Source: Candidatus Eiseniibacteriota bacterium (lineage in GTDB: Bacteria > Eisenbacteria > RBG-16-71-46 > CAZAMP01). From it: 64,000 nt of DNA. Positions within the stretch are counted from its first letter, which is position 1. Every line of letters starts with the position of its first letter. The DNA is taken from assembly GCA_965224245.1 (NCBI GenBank), contig OZ245046.1, forward strand, positions 6,387,235 through 6,451,234, in the 5' to 3' direction. Positions 30,370 to 40,253 of the stretch are shown here, one piece after another. The notes under the pieces are model-generated. The model was not told where the DNA came from, did no database searches, and saw nothing but the letters and a program-made list of their open reading frames with translations. A program made the translations under genes and the position numbers.

Positions 30370-33090
30370 ATGAGCAAGAGCATGATCATCGGGACGTTGC
30401 TGTGCCTGGGCATCACGGCAACCGAGCAGACGGCGCACGCGTCGGGTGACCGGGTCGGCGCGGATGCATCGTACTTCCTGGCCCCGTGGCGTGGCTGGGA
30501 TTGCGGCTACTTCGCGGACTTCTCCGGAATAGACGACGGAGGATTCGGTCCGGAGGCGCTCGCAGTCGGAGACCTGAACGGAGACGGGACACCGGACGTG
30601 GTGATCTCCCACTCGTACCATGGCTTCCCTGGCATCTCGGTTCTGCAGGGTCTTGGCGGGGGAGCGTTCGCCCAGCCTACCTACCTCGGCACCCCGGGGA
30701 ACTTGACGGTGTTCGAGGTCGAGCTGCACGACTTCGATGCCGATGGCGACCTCGACGTGTTCGCGGCGCTGCACGGTGGATCCGGCAATGGTCAGGCGGT
30801 CGGCCTGTGGCGCAACAACGGCGACGGCACTCTGGCCACCCGGCAGGATCTGACGGTCGGCACCGGTCCACGCGAAATCGCACTGGCCGACGTCACCGGA
30901 GACGGGATCGCGGACCTGATCAGCACCAACCACGGATCCATCTCCGGGAACACCGTCTCCATGCTCGAGCACAACGGCCTGACCGGACCGGCGGCCGGCT
31001 TCCTGCCCCGGGTCGACTCCCCGACCGTGACTGGAGCCAACGGGCTGGCGGTGGTGGACATGAACGGAGACGGCCTGCGGGATGTCGTCGTGGCCGGAGA
31101 CGGACGCCGGATGGGCGTGGGCATCAATGCCGGCGGCGGCGTGTTCGACGCCCCTGAGGTCGAGTACAACCTGAACTACCTGAGCAGCTACACCGCCAGC
31201 TGCCTGGCGGCCGGCGACTTCGATGCGGATGGTGACGTGGACGTGGCCACGTCGTCGAACGGCCATCTCCTGATCTGGCGCAACGACGGCTCGGGGGCTC
31301 TGTCCGGAGAGGGCGGCACAGAAGCACTCCCGTTCGCATCGCCCGTGCCGCTGGACGACGGCGTCACGTTCTCGGGTGTGAACGCCTACCGGATCCGCGC
31401 CGAGGACGTGAATCTCGACGGCTGGGTGGACCTCCTCACCGCGAACTCCAACGGGCGTTCGGGGGAGAGCTGGAACCTGGTGCTCGGCGACGGCGCGGGT
31501 GGATTCCTGGATCCGCTGGCGTTTCATTGCTCGCAGAACACGCAGGACATCGGTGCCGTGGACGTCGACGAGGATGGTGATCTCGACGTGCTGACGCTGG
31601 CCCACTTCTCGAGCGCGCTCACCGTACACCTGAACCGGGGCAGTCAGGGGTTCCGTGCGATCGCCGACCCGGCTCCGGTGCAGCCCCTGAGCCAGCAGAT
31701 CGCGGTCGCGGATCTCGACCTCGACGGAGACGTCGACGCGATCACGATCGCCGACGATGCGACCATCCTGCGCAATCCCGGCGACGGGCTGCTGGTCCCC
31801 GATGCACTTCGCTTCTTCACCCCGACGAACGGAAAAGACGTCCACCTGAAGGACGTCAACGGGGACATGTATCCGGACATGATCCTCGGTCCCGACGAGC
31901 AGTACCCGCCTTACGTGGTCGGCGTGGCCCACAACGACGGGGCCGGATCGTTTCTCCCGGGCTACATCCTGTGGCCCCTCGATCCGAGCTGTGGCACAGG
32001 CACGCTGGCGACCGGAGACTTCGACAACGACGGTGACGTCGACATCGCCTTGAGCGAGGAGCAGGGGTGTTTCGGATCGGTGGATCGACGGATCTTCCTG
32101 TTCGAGAATCTGGGCGGTGGAAGCTGGGTTTCATCCATCGCCACCGATCAGGTAGGCGGCCACTTCGGTCTCTCCACCGCCGACTTCAACGAGGACGGAA
32201 ACCTGGATCTGATCACGGCCCAGGTCGCGATCGACATCACCTACACCGTGTTTCCCGGAAACGGCGACATGACTTTCGGCCCCGCCCTCGTGAGCCCGGG
32301 GCCGATCGGCCCCACACGTACGTATCTCGGGCTGTTCGACGTCGGAGACCTCGATCTGGACGGCCACCTGGACGTGGTCTCGCTGTTCGAAGATCGCTCG
32401 TTCGGAACCGACGTCGTGGGTGTGTTGCTCGGCCAGGGCAACGGCTTCTTCGATCCGCTCCCGGTGAACGTCGCGCCGGGGTCCAGCGCGCTGGAAGCCC
32501 TGCGCATCGGACTGGACGTGGACCTGCCGGACATCGATCAGGATGGAGACCGGGACGTCGTGATCACCAACTACGCCTCCAACGACATCTCGGCTTTTCT
32601 CAACGATGGATCCGGTCACCTCCGCTCGCACGCGCGGTACGGGGCCAATCTGACCCCTGTCGAGACGATGGTGGCCGACATGGACGGTGATGCGCTCGAT
32701 GACCTCTGCGTACTCGTGAGCCGGCCGAATGTCGGCGGTGGGGTGATCGTGCTTCCCGGACTCGAGGTCGAGAACCCCGTGGATGTGGAACCCGCCTCAC
32801 CTGGTGATCCCGCGATGCCCATCGTGCATCGGGTCTACCCCAATCCGGTGGGAGCCGCGGGCTTCATCGGCTACGAGCTCCCCCGATCCGCGGTCGTCGA
32901 GGTGTCGGTGTACAGCTCGATGGGGCAGCGGGTCCGGGCTCTGTGGAACGGACGGCAGGATGCCGGGCATCACGTCGTGGAATGGGACGCGACGGCGGAT
33001 GACGGAGAGCCGGTGCCCAGTGGGGTCTACTACATCTCGTTCGAGGCCGATCGAGCTCGCGCGTCTCACAAGACAGTGGTAGTAAGGTGA
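30370..33090 (+). CDS. FG-GAP/VCBS-repeat secreted protein with FlgD-Ig C-terminal domain
   Basis: GAGGAGG RBS, signal peptide, more than a dozen (G/A)D(L/F)(N/D)GDG..D repeats, YPNPV...WDATADDG...PSGVYYI tail. Confidence 0.92.
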   Translation: MSKSMIIGTLLCLGITATEQTAHASGDRVGADASYFLAPWRGWDCGYFADFSGIDDGGFGPEALAVGDLNGDGTPDVVISHSYHGFPGISVLQGLGGGAFAQPTYLGTPGNLTVFEVELHDFDADGDLDVFAALHGGSGNGQAVGLWRNNGDGTLATRQDLTVGTGPREIALADVTGDGIADLISTNHGSISGNTVSMLEHNGLTGPAAGFLPRVDSPTVTGANGLAVVDMNGDGLRDVVVAGDGRRMGVGINAGGGVFDAPEVEYNLNYLSSYTASCLAAGDFDADGDVDVATSSNGHLLIWRNDGSGALSGEGGTEALPFASPVPLDDGVTFSGVNAYRIRAEDVNLDGWVDLLTANSNGRSGESWNLVLGDGAGGFLDPLAFHCSQNTQDIGAVDVDEDGDLDVLTLAHFSSALTVHLNRGSQGFRAIADPAPVQPLSQQIAVADLDLDGDVDAITIADDATILRNPGDGLLVPDALRFFTPTNGKDVHLKDVNGDMYPDMILGPDEQYPPYVVGVAHNDGAGSFLPGYILWPLDPSCGTGTLATGDFDNDGDVDIALSEEQGCFGSVDRRIFLFENLGGGSWVSSIATDQVGGHFGLSTADFNEDGNLDLITAQVAIDITYTVFPGNGDMTFGPALVSPGPIGPTRTYLGLFDVGDLDLDGHLDVVSLFEDRSFGTDVVGVLLGQGNGFFDPLPVNVAPGSSALEALRIGLDVDLPDIDQDGDRDVVITNYASNDISAFLNDGSGHLRSHARYGANLTPVETMVADMDGDALDDLCVLVSRPNVGGGVIVLPGLEVENPVDVEPASPGDPAMPIVHRVYPNPVGAAGFIGYELPRSAVVEVSVYSSMGQRVRALWNGRQDAGHHVVEWDATADDGEPVPSGVYYISFEADRARASHKTVVVR

Positions 33091-33206
33091 TGCTCGATTG
33101 CAGCTCACGTCGCGGCCGGAGCCGGAAGCGGGCCGGCCGCGGCAACCCATGACCCCGGTACCAGCCGGTGCCCATCCGGGGCGATCATACCATCGGACCT
33201 CGCACG

Positions 33207-34700
33207 ATGACCGTGGACGGAAAACCGCCCGACCCCATTCAGGACGTCCGGATTCTCGACTCGGTCAAGGAACTCCGTGTCATGGCCGACGTCACTCGAC
33301 TGGAGATCATGAGGCTCCTTAGCCGGACGGCGATGACCGGTACCATGATCGCTCGCGAGATCGGGATCCCTGCAAACCGCGCCCATTACCATCTGCAGCG
33401 GCTGCTCTCGGTGGGGCTCGTGCAACAGGTGCGAACGGGGCGCAAACGATGGCGCGACGAGCGGTACTTCGTCTCGGTAGCCCGCCATTTCGTGGTCGAT
33501 CCGCAGCTGGGGTGCCGGGACGCTGGAACGACCGCCACCCTGCGCCGGGCGATCGAGACGGCCTTCATGGACTGGCGTCGGGCCGAGGTCCTGTCTCTCG
33601 ACTGGACGCCCCTGGTTCGACGTCTGGTCCGGGAGTCGCTGCAGGTGCGGCCCGGGGAACACGTCCTGGTCGCGCACGGTCCGTTCGTCCTCGAGCTCGC
33701 CGAAGCGATACTGGTGGAGATCGATACCGTGGGCGCCATCGGTCACGCCAAGCCCTGGTCCCGAAACGTGCTCGTCAGGACGCTCGACAGTCACTCTCCC
33801 GCCGAGCTCGATCAGCTACGCTTCGTGCCCGAGTCCATCGACCGCGAGCTCGGAGCGGTCATCCTGGTGACCAGCAGTCTCGTACAAGGCACGCCGCCCA
33901 CCACCGCGCAGCGCGAGAAACTCCCGCACTTTCTGGAGATGCTCTCCCGGTGGGATCGATCGGTGAAGGAACGTGGGATCCGCAACATGGAGGTCGCGCT
34001 GCCTCATCGCGGCGAGTTCGCGGAGGGTGAGCTCACCGCGGAGGAAGCCATCGACACGTTCTGGCGATGTGTCGAAGGAGATCCGGGGCTGCATTGCGCA
34101 CGAGGACGTCAGCTTCAGGACCGGATGCAGGGCCGCCCGGAGATTCGGGTGTCCTGCCCCGAGGGAACGGATCTGCGGTTCCAGTCGGAGCCCGCGCTGA
34201 CCCGAGTGCATGACGGTGTGATCTCCACCGAAGATGTCCGGGACGGGCACACGAGCGACCGTCTTCCCTCCGGACTCCTCTCCGTCGTACCGCGCGAAGG
34301 GTCGGCCGAGGGTGTGCTGATCGCCGACTACACGCACAGCATGGGTCGTCATTTCCGCGACATCCGGGTCGAGCTCGAAGAAGGCCGCATCGTCTCGATC
34401 CGGTCCCGCGAAGACGAGGACACGCTTCGGCAGCTGATCGATCGCGAGAGCGGGGATCCCGAAGTGCTCGGTCACATCACGATCGGTCTCAATCCCGGCG
34501 GCCGCGCGTCCACGGGCAAGCCATCGCTGGATGCGTGCCACGAGGGTGTGGTCAACGCCAGCTTTGGAGACGATGAACGCGCGGGCGGCATCGGTCGGTC
34601 CACGCTGAAACTCAATCTCCCGTCCAGGAAGATGTCTCTCCGAGCGGGATCCGAGACGCTGGTCGACGGTGGAGCTCTCGTGCTCGACGGTGCCGGCTAG
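33207..34700 (+). CDS. ArsR-type winged-HTH regulator fused to a degenerate M29 (aminopeptidase T-like) domain
   Basis: N-terminus MADVTRLEIMRLL...IAREIG...HYHLQRLLSVGLV...ERYF. C-terminal part LQVRPGEHVLV, GTDLRF, LPSG, AEGVL, EEGRIV, IGLNP, LVDGG follows the M29 layout. Confidence 0.82.
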   Translation: MTVDGKPPDPIQDVRILDSVKELRVMADVTRLEIMRLLSRTAMTGTMIAREIGIPANRAHYHLQRLLSVGLVQQVRTGRKRWRDERYFVSVARHFVVDPQLGCRDAGTTATLRRAIETAFMDWRRAEVLSLDWTPLVRRLVRESLQVRPGEHVLVAHGPFVLELAEAILVEIDTVGAIGHAKPWSRNVLVRTLDSHSPAELDQLRFVPESIDRELGAVILVTSSLVQGTPPTTAQREKLPHFLEMLSRWDRSVKERGIRNMEVALPHRGEFAEGELTAEEAIDTFWRCVEGDPGLHCARGRQLQDRMQGRPEIRVSCPEGTDLRFQSEPALTRVHDGVISTEDVRDGHTSDRLPSGLLSVVPREGSAEGVLIADYTHSMGRHFRDIRVELEEGRIVSIRSREDEDTLRQLIDRESGDPEVLGHITIGLNPGGRASTGKPSLDACHEGVVNASFGDDERAGGIGRSTLKLNLPSRKMSLRAGSETLVDGGALVLDGAG

Positions 34701-34954
34701 ACCCTGCGTCGATGCGCCGTGAGGCGGGGACTCGCTCGAAGCTGATAGACGCCGACCATCGATCCTCGGGCCACAACGGAGCTCCTGGCCATGATGACGG
34801 GTCTGCGTTGCAGCCAGATGGTAGTATCGGCTTGTCTGCCCGGAGGACGACGTCCCGATGGAGGGCGTCGGCCCGCTCGGATCGATGGGCGGGCTCGTGT
34901 GCGATTTCGACGTACGCGGGGTTATCCTGGCAGTCCGGCGCCCAGGAGGACTCC

Positions 34955-35488
34955 GTGAACCATCCACTGCTCGCCGTCGTCGTGCTCGTAGCCTCCGCAC
35001 CCGCTGACGCCGGTGCGCTCGAGCTGGTCGCCGACGCCATCGCACCGGTGGCGGGCGGAGGCGCGATCGGCGATCGCTCGGAGATCGGCGCCGCCGGGCT
35101 CCCGCTCATGGGCCCGGGACAGGGTGGCTCGCTCGTCCTTCTATCCGGCCATCTCGCAGCCTACCCGCCACCGAGCGCGCTGGACATCACCACCGATCCG
35201 ATGTCGTCCGTGCCCGTGCTCACCGAGCTGCGCGTGTGCAACGCGAACCCGGTGCGTGCAAGCGCTCATCTCGAAGTGCGAATCGCCGGTGACACGGACG
35301 CGTCCGTGTCGCTCGAGGTGTTCGACGTGCGCGGGCGCCGCGTGGCGGTGCTCGTCGACGGCACCTTGCCGCCCGGATCGCATGATGTTCGGTGGGACGC
35401 CTCCTCGACCGTATCGGCCGGCGTCTACTTCCTCAGACTGCTGGCAGGTGACCTCGTGGATCGGAGACGACTGGTCGTCGCCGAATGA
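34955..35488 (+). CDS. Small secreted Gly-rich protein with C-terminal sorting domain, similar in architecture to 122..682
   Basis: AGGAGG then GTG 34955, signal peptide, GGSLVLLSGH segment, NANPV...FDVRGRRVAVL...AGVYFLRL tail. Confidence 0.8.
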   Translation: MNHPLLAVVVLVASAPADAGALELVADAIAPVAGGGAIGDRSEIGAAGLPLMGPGQGGSLVLLSGHLAAYPPPSALDITTDPMSSVPVLTELRVCNANPVRASAHLEVRIAGDTDASVSLEVFDVRGRRVAVLVDGTLPPGSHDVRWDASSTVSAGVYFLRLLAGDLVDRRRLVVAE

Positions 35489-35522
35489 GGCCGGCGGTCT
35501 TCCTCGAACCGGAGTGATCGAC

Positions 35523-36815
35523 ATGCTACGTGATGCCGTACGCGTTCGAAGGACGCTCGCGTCGCTGATCCTGGGCGTGCTCGTCAGTCTATCGGGCCAC
35601 GCCGCTGGTCCCGACCGCATCAACTACCAGGGATCCCTGAGCGACAGCGGGACGCCCGTGGACGGGATCGTCGACATCTCCGTCGCCCTCTACGCCGCCG
35701 GCATCGGCGGCGAGGCGCTCTGGTTGGAGGCGCACGCCGACGTCGTGGTCACCGCGGGTGTCTTCCACCTGGTGCTCGGCTCGCTCAGTCCCCTGGACGC
35801 CTCGCTCTTCGACGGAGTGGAGCGCTGGCTCGAGCTGACGGTCGATGGAGAGACCATCACGCCCCGGCGACAGTTCCTGAACGCACCCTACGCCATGCGC
35901 GCGTCGGTGGCCGACGTCGCGCTGTCCGGTGGGGACGGCCCGTGGGAGGTCTCCGGCGACGACATGACGTCGGGACTCGCCGGCAACGTCGGGATCGGCG
36001 TGGAGACCCCGCTCGAGAAGCTTCACGTGCGAGGCAGCGCCGCACTCGACCTGGGCAGCCTCTACCTGCGCGACTCCGCCGATCGCACCACCATCGAGCT
36101 CGATGCCGAGGAGGGGAGCGCCCTCGGCGACATCACGTTCTACGACACCGACGGCTCCGCGAAGATCCAGATCGATGCCTATCACGGCACCGGCGGCGAT
36201 GCGCGCATCACGATGGACGGCGCCCTTCACCTCGCGAGCGACGATCTCTATCAGCAGCCGACCACCGGCCGGATCAACATCGAGGACCAGCTGATGTTCT
36301 TCCGCGACGGCGACGGCGACGGCGACTACGACTTCGACCTCTTCGGCGCTGGGAACCTCTATCTGGGCGCGGAGTCGTCGATCCACCTCATGATCAACGA
36401 GTACGCGGCCGAGCGCGGGCGCCTTCGGATCACCACCGACGGCAACGCCAACTACATCCAGTCCGGGACGAGCTACTCGGGAACCACGTCGAAGGACCTG
36501 CGCGTCGGACCCATGAACACGTCCCAGGCGTACCTCACCGTGCAGGCGGAGACGGGCAATGTCGGGATCGGCACGCGAACGCCGACGAGCAAGCTACACG
36601 TCATCGGGAAAGCGACGTTCACCGGCGGCGTCGATCCGCCGTACATCTCGTTCAGCGCGGAGAGCCACCGGACGATCCGCGAATACGCAAAGGACCTCGA
36701 CCCGCACGAGGTCGTGATGCTGTTCTGGAACGACGACGCGAAGCGAATGCAGGTGTATGCGCGCGACGATGACGCGTTCTACACGCTGGACGGGGAGCGG
36801 GTACCGGAGAGATAA
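35523..36815 (+). CDS. Secreted fibre/adhesin-like protein (INYQG head domain, GNVGIG repeats)
   Basis: ATG 35523 after GGAG, signal peptide, INYQG...LW.E...G.F...LG...WLEL.V.GE..PR...PYA domain, two GNVGIG..P..KLHV repeats. Confidence 0.8.
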   Translation: MLRDAVRVRRTLASLILGVLVSLSGHAAGPDRINYQGSLSDSGTPVDGIVDISVALYAAGIGGEALWLEAHADVVVTAGVFHLVLGSLSPLDASLFDGVERWLELTVDGETITPRRQFLNAPYAMRASVADVALSGGDGPWEVSGDDMTSGLAGNVGIGVETPLEKLHVRGSAALDLGSLYLRDSADRTTIELDAEEGSALGDITFYDTDGSAKIQIDAYHGTGGDARITMDGALHLASDDLYQQPTTGRINIEDQLMFFRDGDGDGDYDFDLFGAGNLYLGAESSIHLMINEYAAERGRLRITTDGNANYIQSGTSYSGTTSKDLRVGPMNTSQAYLTVQAETGNVGIGTRTPTSKLHVIGKATFTGGVDPPYISFSAESHRTIREYAKDLDPHEVVMLFWNDDAKRMQVYARDDDAFYTLDGERVPER

Positions 36816-36850
36816 GAGGGGCGATCGTCTTCCCGTGACCGGAGGAGGAG

Positions 36851-37753
36851 ATGGAACATCGGTTCGTACCGGAGCACTACCATCGAACGCTCGGCCCGCA
36901 TGAGCCTGTTCTGCGAGTCTCTGACGGAGACACCATCGTCACGACGACCGTCGATGCCGGTGGCCGCGATCATCTTCGCGAGCAGGTGACCCCGGGGGGG
37001 AACCCACAGACAGGGCCTTTCCACGTAGAGGGCGCCGAACGAGGTGACACGCTGGTCGTGCGCCTCGAGAGGATCACCCCGAATCGCGTCTACGGGTTCT
37101 CCGGGTCCTCGGTCGCGGAGAACGTCGTCGATCCCGACTACGTCCCCGACCTGCCGGACGCGCCGGGTGCCGAATGGGAGGTCGATGTCGAGGCCGGCAC
37201 GGCGACGCTGGTGGGGCCGGAGTCGTCCCTGGGAACCCTCACGCTGCCGCTCGAGCCGATGCTGGGCTGCTTCGGTGTGGCGCCCTGGGGCGGTCAGGCC
37301 ATCTCGACGGCGACATCGGCGGAGCACGGCGGCAACATGGACTATCGCGGCTTCACTCAGGGAACCACTGCGTACTTCCCGGTCTTCCAGCCGGGGGCGT
37401 TGCTCTTCATCGGTGACGGGCATGCGCTCCAGGGCGATGGTGAGATCGTCGGTGCGGGCGTCGAGATCTCCATGGACGTTCGCGTGACCGTGTCGGTACT
37501 CGAGAAGCACAGGATCCGCTGGCCGCGCGGCGAGAACGACGACTGGATCTTCACCGTCGGAAACGCCCGGCCGCTCGATCAGGCAACGCAGCATGCGACG
37601 ACGGAGATGCTGCGATGGCTGCAGCAGGACTACGGCCTCGATGCACTCGGGGCAAACCTGTTGCTCTCGCAGTGTGTCCGCTACGACCTCGGGAACGTGT
37701 TCGACCCGGCCTACACCATGGTGTGCAAGTTGCCGAAGACCGTCCTGCCCTAG
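36851..37753 (+). CDS. Acetamidase/formamidase family protein
   Basis: GGAGGAG RBS. NPQTGPFHVEGA..GDTL, HGGNMD, GDGHALQGDGE and GVE motifs. Confidence 0.93.
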   Translation: MEHRFVPEHYHRTLGPHEPVLRVSDGDTIVTTTVDAGGRDHLREQVTPGGNPQTGPFHVEGAERGDTLVVRLERITPNRVYGFSGSSVAENVVDPDYVPDLPDAPGAEWEVDVEAGTATLVGPESSLGTLTLPLEPMLGCFGVAPWGGQAISTATSAEHGGNMDYRGFTQGTTAYFPVFQPGALLFIGDGHALQGDGEIVGAGVEISMDVRVTVSVLEKHRIRWPRGENDDWIFTVGNARPLDQATQHATTEMLRWLQQDYGLDALGANLLLSQCVRYDLGNVFDPAYTMVCKLPKTVLP

Positions 37754-37876
37754 GTGACGGCGTGCATGGCGCACCCGTCGGGACGACCGAGAGCGTCGAC
37801 GATGCGAGGCGCTCTCTTGCCCCAGCGAGCATCTGGTCCGCGTTCCCGGGCACAGACGCTCACACGGCGATTCTCG

Positions 37877-39118
37877 CTACTGCGCCAGCACCACTCTCTG
37901 GGACGTCACACGCCCCGCGCTCGCGAGCTCGTAGAAGTACACCCCGCTCGGCAGCCGGCGGCCGCCGTCGTCCGTGCCGCTCCAGCGAAGGTGATGCACT
38001 CCGTCCTCGAACGTTCCGGAGGCGAGAGAACGCACGCGGCGCCCCCGGGCGTCGAACACGTTCAAGGTGACTTCATCGCCGCCGGACACCTGGAACGAGA
38101 CGTCCGTGAACGGGCTGAAGGGGTTGGGTCGACTGGCGATGAGCTGCAACATCGGCGGCGTCTCGCTCCCGGCGTGCTCGCCGGCGCTCACGACCGACCC
38201 CGTGCCGGCCAGCTCTGCCAGCGCCGCGATGCTGACCTGTATGGCCTGGGTCATGCACGGCAGGTTCAGCGTCTCGATCGTGTCCGTGCTGCGATGGTAG
38301 AAGGGGGTGGACTCCCCTCCGATCCCGCCGTTGTGAGCTTCCCAGCAATCCATGGCGGTGACCGCCGGGATGCCGAGTGCAGTGAACGACACGTGGTCGT
38401 CACGACAGACGCCGCTCAGCTTCTTGGAGATCGGAATGCCCACGTAGCGGTCACAGGCCGAGATGACGGCATCGGCCAGCCACTCGGATACGGGCTCGTA
38501 TGCGACATCCAGGTCTCGTCCCCAGCCGGTGGGCCAGTAACCGATCATGTCGGCGTTCAGGACGGCCACGATGTCTTTGTCCGCGGCCAGGTAGTCCTGC
38601 GCGACGGCGATGCTGCCCCTTCGGCCCTGCTCCTCGGCGTTGTAGCAGATGAACTCCACCGTGCGCTGCAGGGGGTAGTCCCTCGAGATGAACGCGGCTT
38701 CCATTACGGCGGCGATCGCGCTTGCGTCGTCGTCGGCGCCCGGTGCGAGCGTGGTGGGCTGCTCGGACGTGGAATCGAAGTGACCGGAGATGATCACGAT
38801 CTCGTCCGGGTACGTCGTTCCCGGAATGCGCGCGATGATGTTCTCCTCGGTGTGCCCGCTGAAGCTGAACGCATGGCGCTCGACCATCACACCGATGTCG
38901 GTGAAGTAGTCGACGAGCCAGTCCCCTGCGTCGGTGTTTCCCTGGGTATACGTGTGTCGGGTATCGAAGTCCTGAAGCGCCTGAACCCAGCCCGTCACGC
39001 GCGCCTCGGACACCGCGGTCACCATCTCCTCGACGAGCGGATCTGTCTCGGCGTCGGCCGCGACCATCGGAACGGCGACCAATCCGGACAGGATCAGCGA
39101 GCCCCACGATGTGTTCAT
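37877..39118 (-). CDS. Secreted M28-family zinc (amino)peptidase with FlgD-Ig C-terminal domain
   Basis: Signal peptide. Ligand motifs SGHFDS, GADDDASA, NAEEQG..GS, LNADMIG, DH.SF, YH..TD. RPNPF...LPSGVYFY tail. Confidence 0.93.
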   Translation of the reverse strand: MNTSWGSLILSGLVAVPMVAADAETDPLVEEMVTAVSEARVTGWVQALQDFDTRHTYTQGNTDAGDWLVDYFTDIGVMVERHAFSFSGHTEENIIARIPGTTYPDEIVIISGHFDSTSEQPTTLAPGADDDASAIAAVMEAAFISRDYPLQRTVEFICYNAEEQGRRGSIAVAQDYLAADKDIVAVLNADMIGYWPTGWGRDLDVAYEPVSEWLADAVISACDRYVGIPISKKLSGVCRDDHVSFTALGIPAVTAMDCWEAHNGGIGGESTPFYHRSTDTIETLNLPCMTQAIQVSIAALAELAGTGSVVSAGEHAGSETPPMLQLIASRPNPFSPFTDVSFQVSGGDEVTLNVFDARGRRVRSLASGTFEDGVHHLRWSGTDDGGRRLPSGVYFYELASAGRVTSQRVVLAQ

Positions 39119-39525
39119 GCCAGTCCCCCTCGTTCAGCGACCCGGGCATTCCTCTACTCACCCCACATGATGCTAGCGGGTTCGTGAGCAATCGCCATCG
39201 TGGAGATCACGTACCGTACGGGCGGCGAAACGAGCGACGTGAAGGGCGACGGATCTTGAGGGAACGCCTCCTGGCAGAGGCATGCATGAGTACCTCGGGA
39301 AGCTCAGCAGCGACGATTGACGAATGTAGTGATTGCCGGATAATCGGGGGAATCACCTACACCGCTGATGTCCCGACCCAAGTAGCATCGAGTTTCCTCG
39401 ATATGGCACCTTGCTGCCCCCGGCTTCTCGCGATCGCCGGAGGTGCTGGGACACGTACGCCGGTGCGGACTGGCGCCCGTCACGCGACGTTCGCGGCGTG
39501 CAGGGGCTTTCGGAGAGGAGGCGCA

Positions 39526-40122
39526 ATGAAGAGGATGCAAACAGCGACCGGCGTGAAGGCAGTCGCGGGGATTCTGGCGTTCGGAATCTGGATGGTTCGG
39601 CCAGGTGAGGTGGTCGCGCACTGTGATTCGCTGGATGGTCCCGTGGTCCTGGAGGCCAAGGCAGCTCTCGTCTCGGGCGACGTCACGCCCATCCTGAAAT
39701 GGGTGAAGGAGGAGCACGAAGCTGAGGTCCGCATCGCCTTTGAGAAGTGCGTCGCCGTGAGGTCTATGGGCGCGGAGCCGGCCGAACTGGCCGACATGTA
39801 CTTGTTCGAAACTCTGGTGAGACTGCATCGAGAAGGTGAAGGTGCGCCTTACACCGGCCTGAAGCACGCGGGCGGGATAGAGCCGATCGTGGCTGCCGCC
39901 GACGAGGCCATCGATGCCGGCGGCGTGGATGATCTCGCTGAGAGAATCGGGCAGGCGGCCGAGCACGGTGTTCGAGAGCGCTTCGAGAGTCTGATGGAGG
40001 CACGCGAGCACGAGGACGAATCGGTTGAGGCGGGGCGCGCGTACGTGGAGGCGTACGTGGAGTTCGTGCACTTCGTGGAAGCCCTCCACGATGCGGTTGC
40101 TCGCGGATTGGAGCACCACTGA
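39526..40122 (+). CDS. Exported helical protein of the HCDxxDGPV family (DUF6448-like)
   Basis: GAGGAGG RBS, signal peptide ending VVA-HCDSLDGPVV, FETLVRLHREGEGAPYTGLK, GRAYVEAYV.F.H. Confidence 0.85.
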   Translation: MKRMQTATGVKAVAGILAFGIWMVRPGEVVAHCDSLDGPVVLEAKAALVSGDVTPILKWVKEEHEAEVRIAFEKCVAVRSMGAEPAELADMYLFETLVRLHREGEGAPYTGLKHAGGIEPIVAAADEAIDAGGVDDLAERIGQAAEHGVRERFESLMEAREHEDESVEAGRAYVEAYVEFVHFVEALHDAVARGLEHH

Positions 40123-40253
40123 GACGCGCATGCCGTGCAGCGCACAGCGGCACAGTGGTCGGCGGCGACCATGCGACCGCCCAGGGGCAGGTGAGGGTCT
40201 CCGAGCGGGCTCGGTCCATCCACCAGGCACCTTCCGGTAAGCCCGTTCGCGCG

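Noticed and set aside
35523-36815. Prophage tail-fibre interpretation
   Set aside because: The protein has a Sec-type signal peptide and no phage genes lie nearby.
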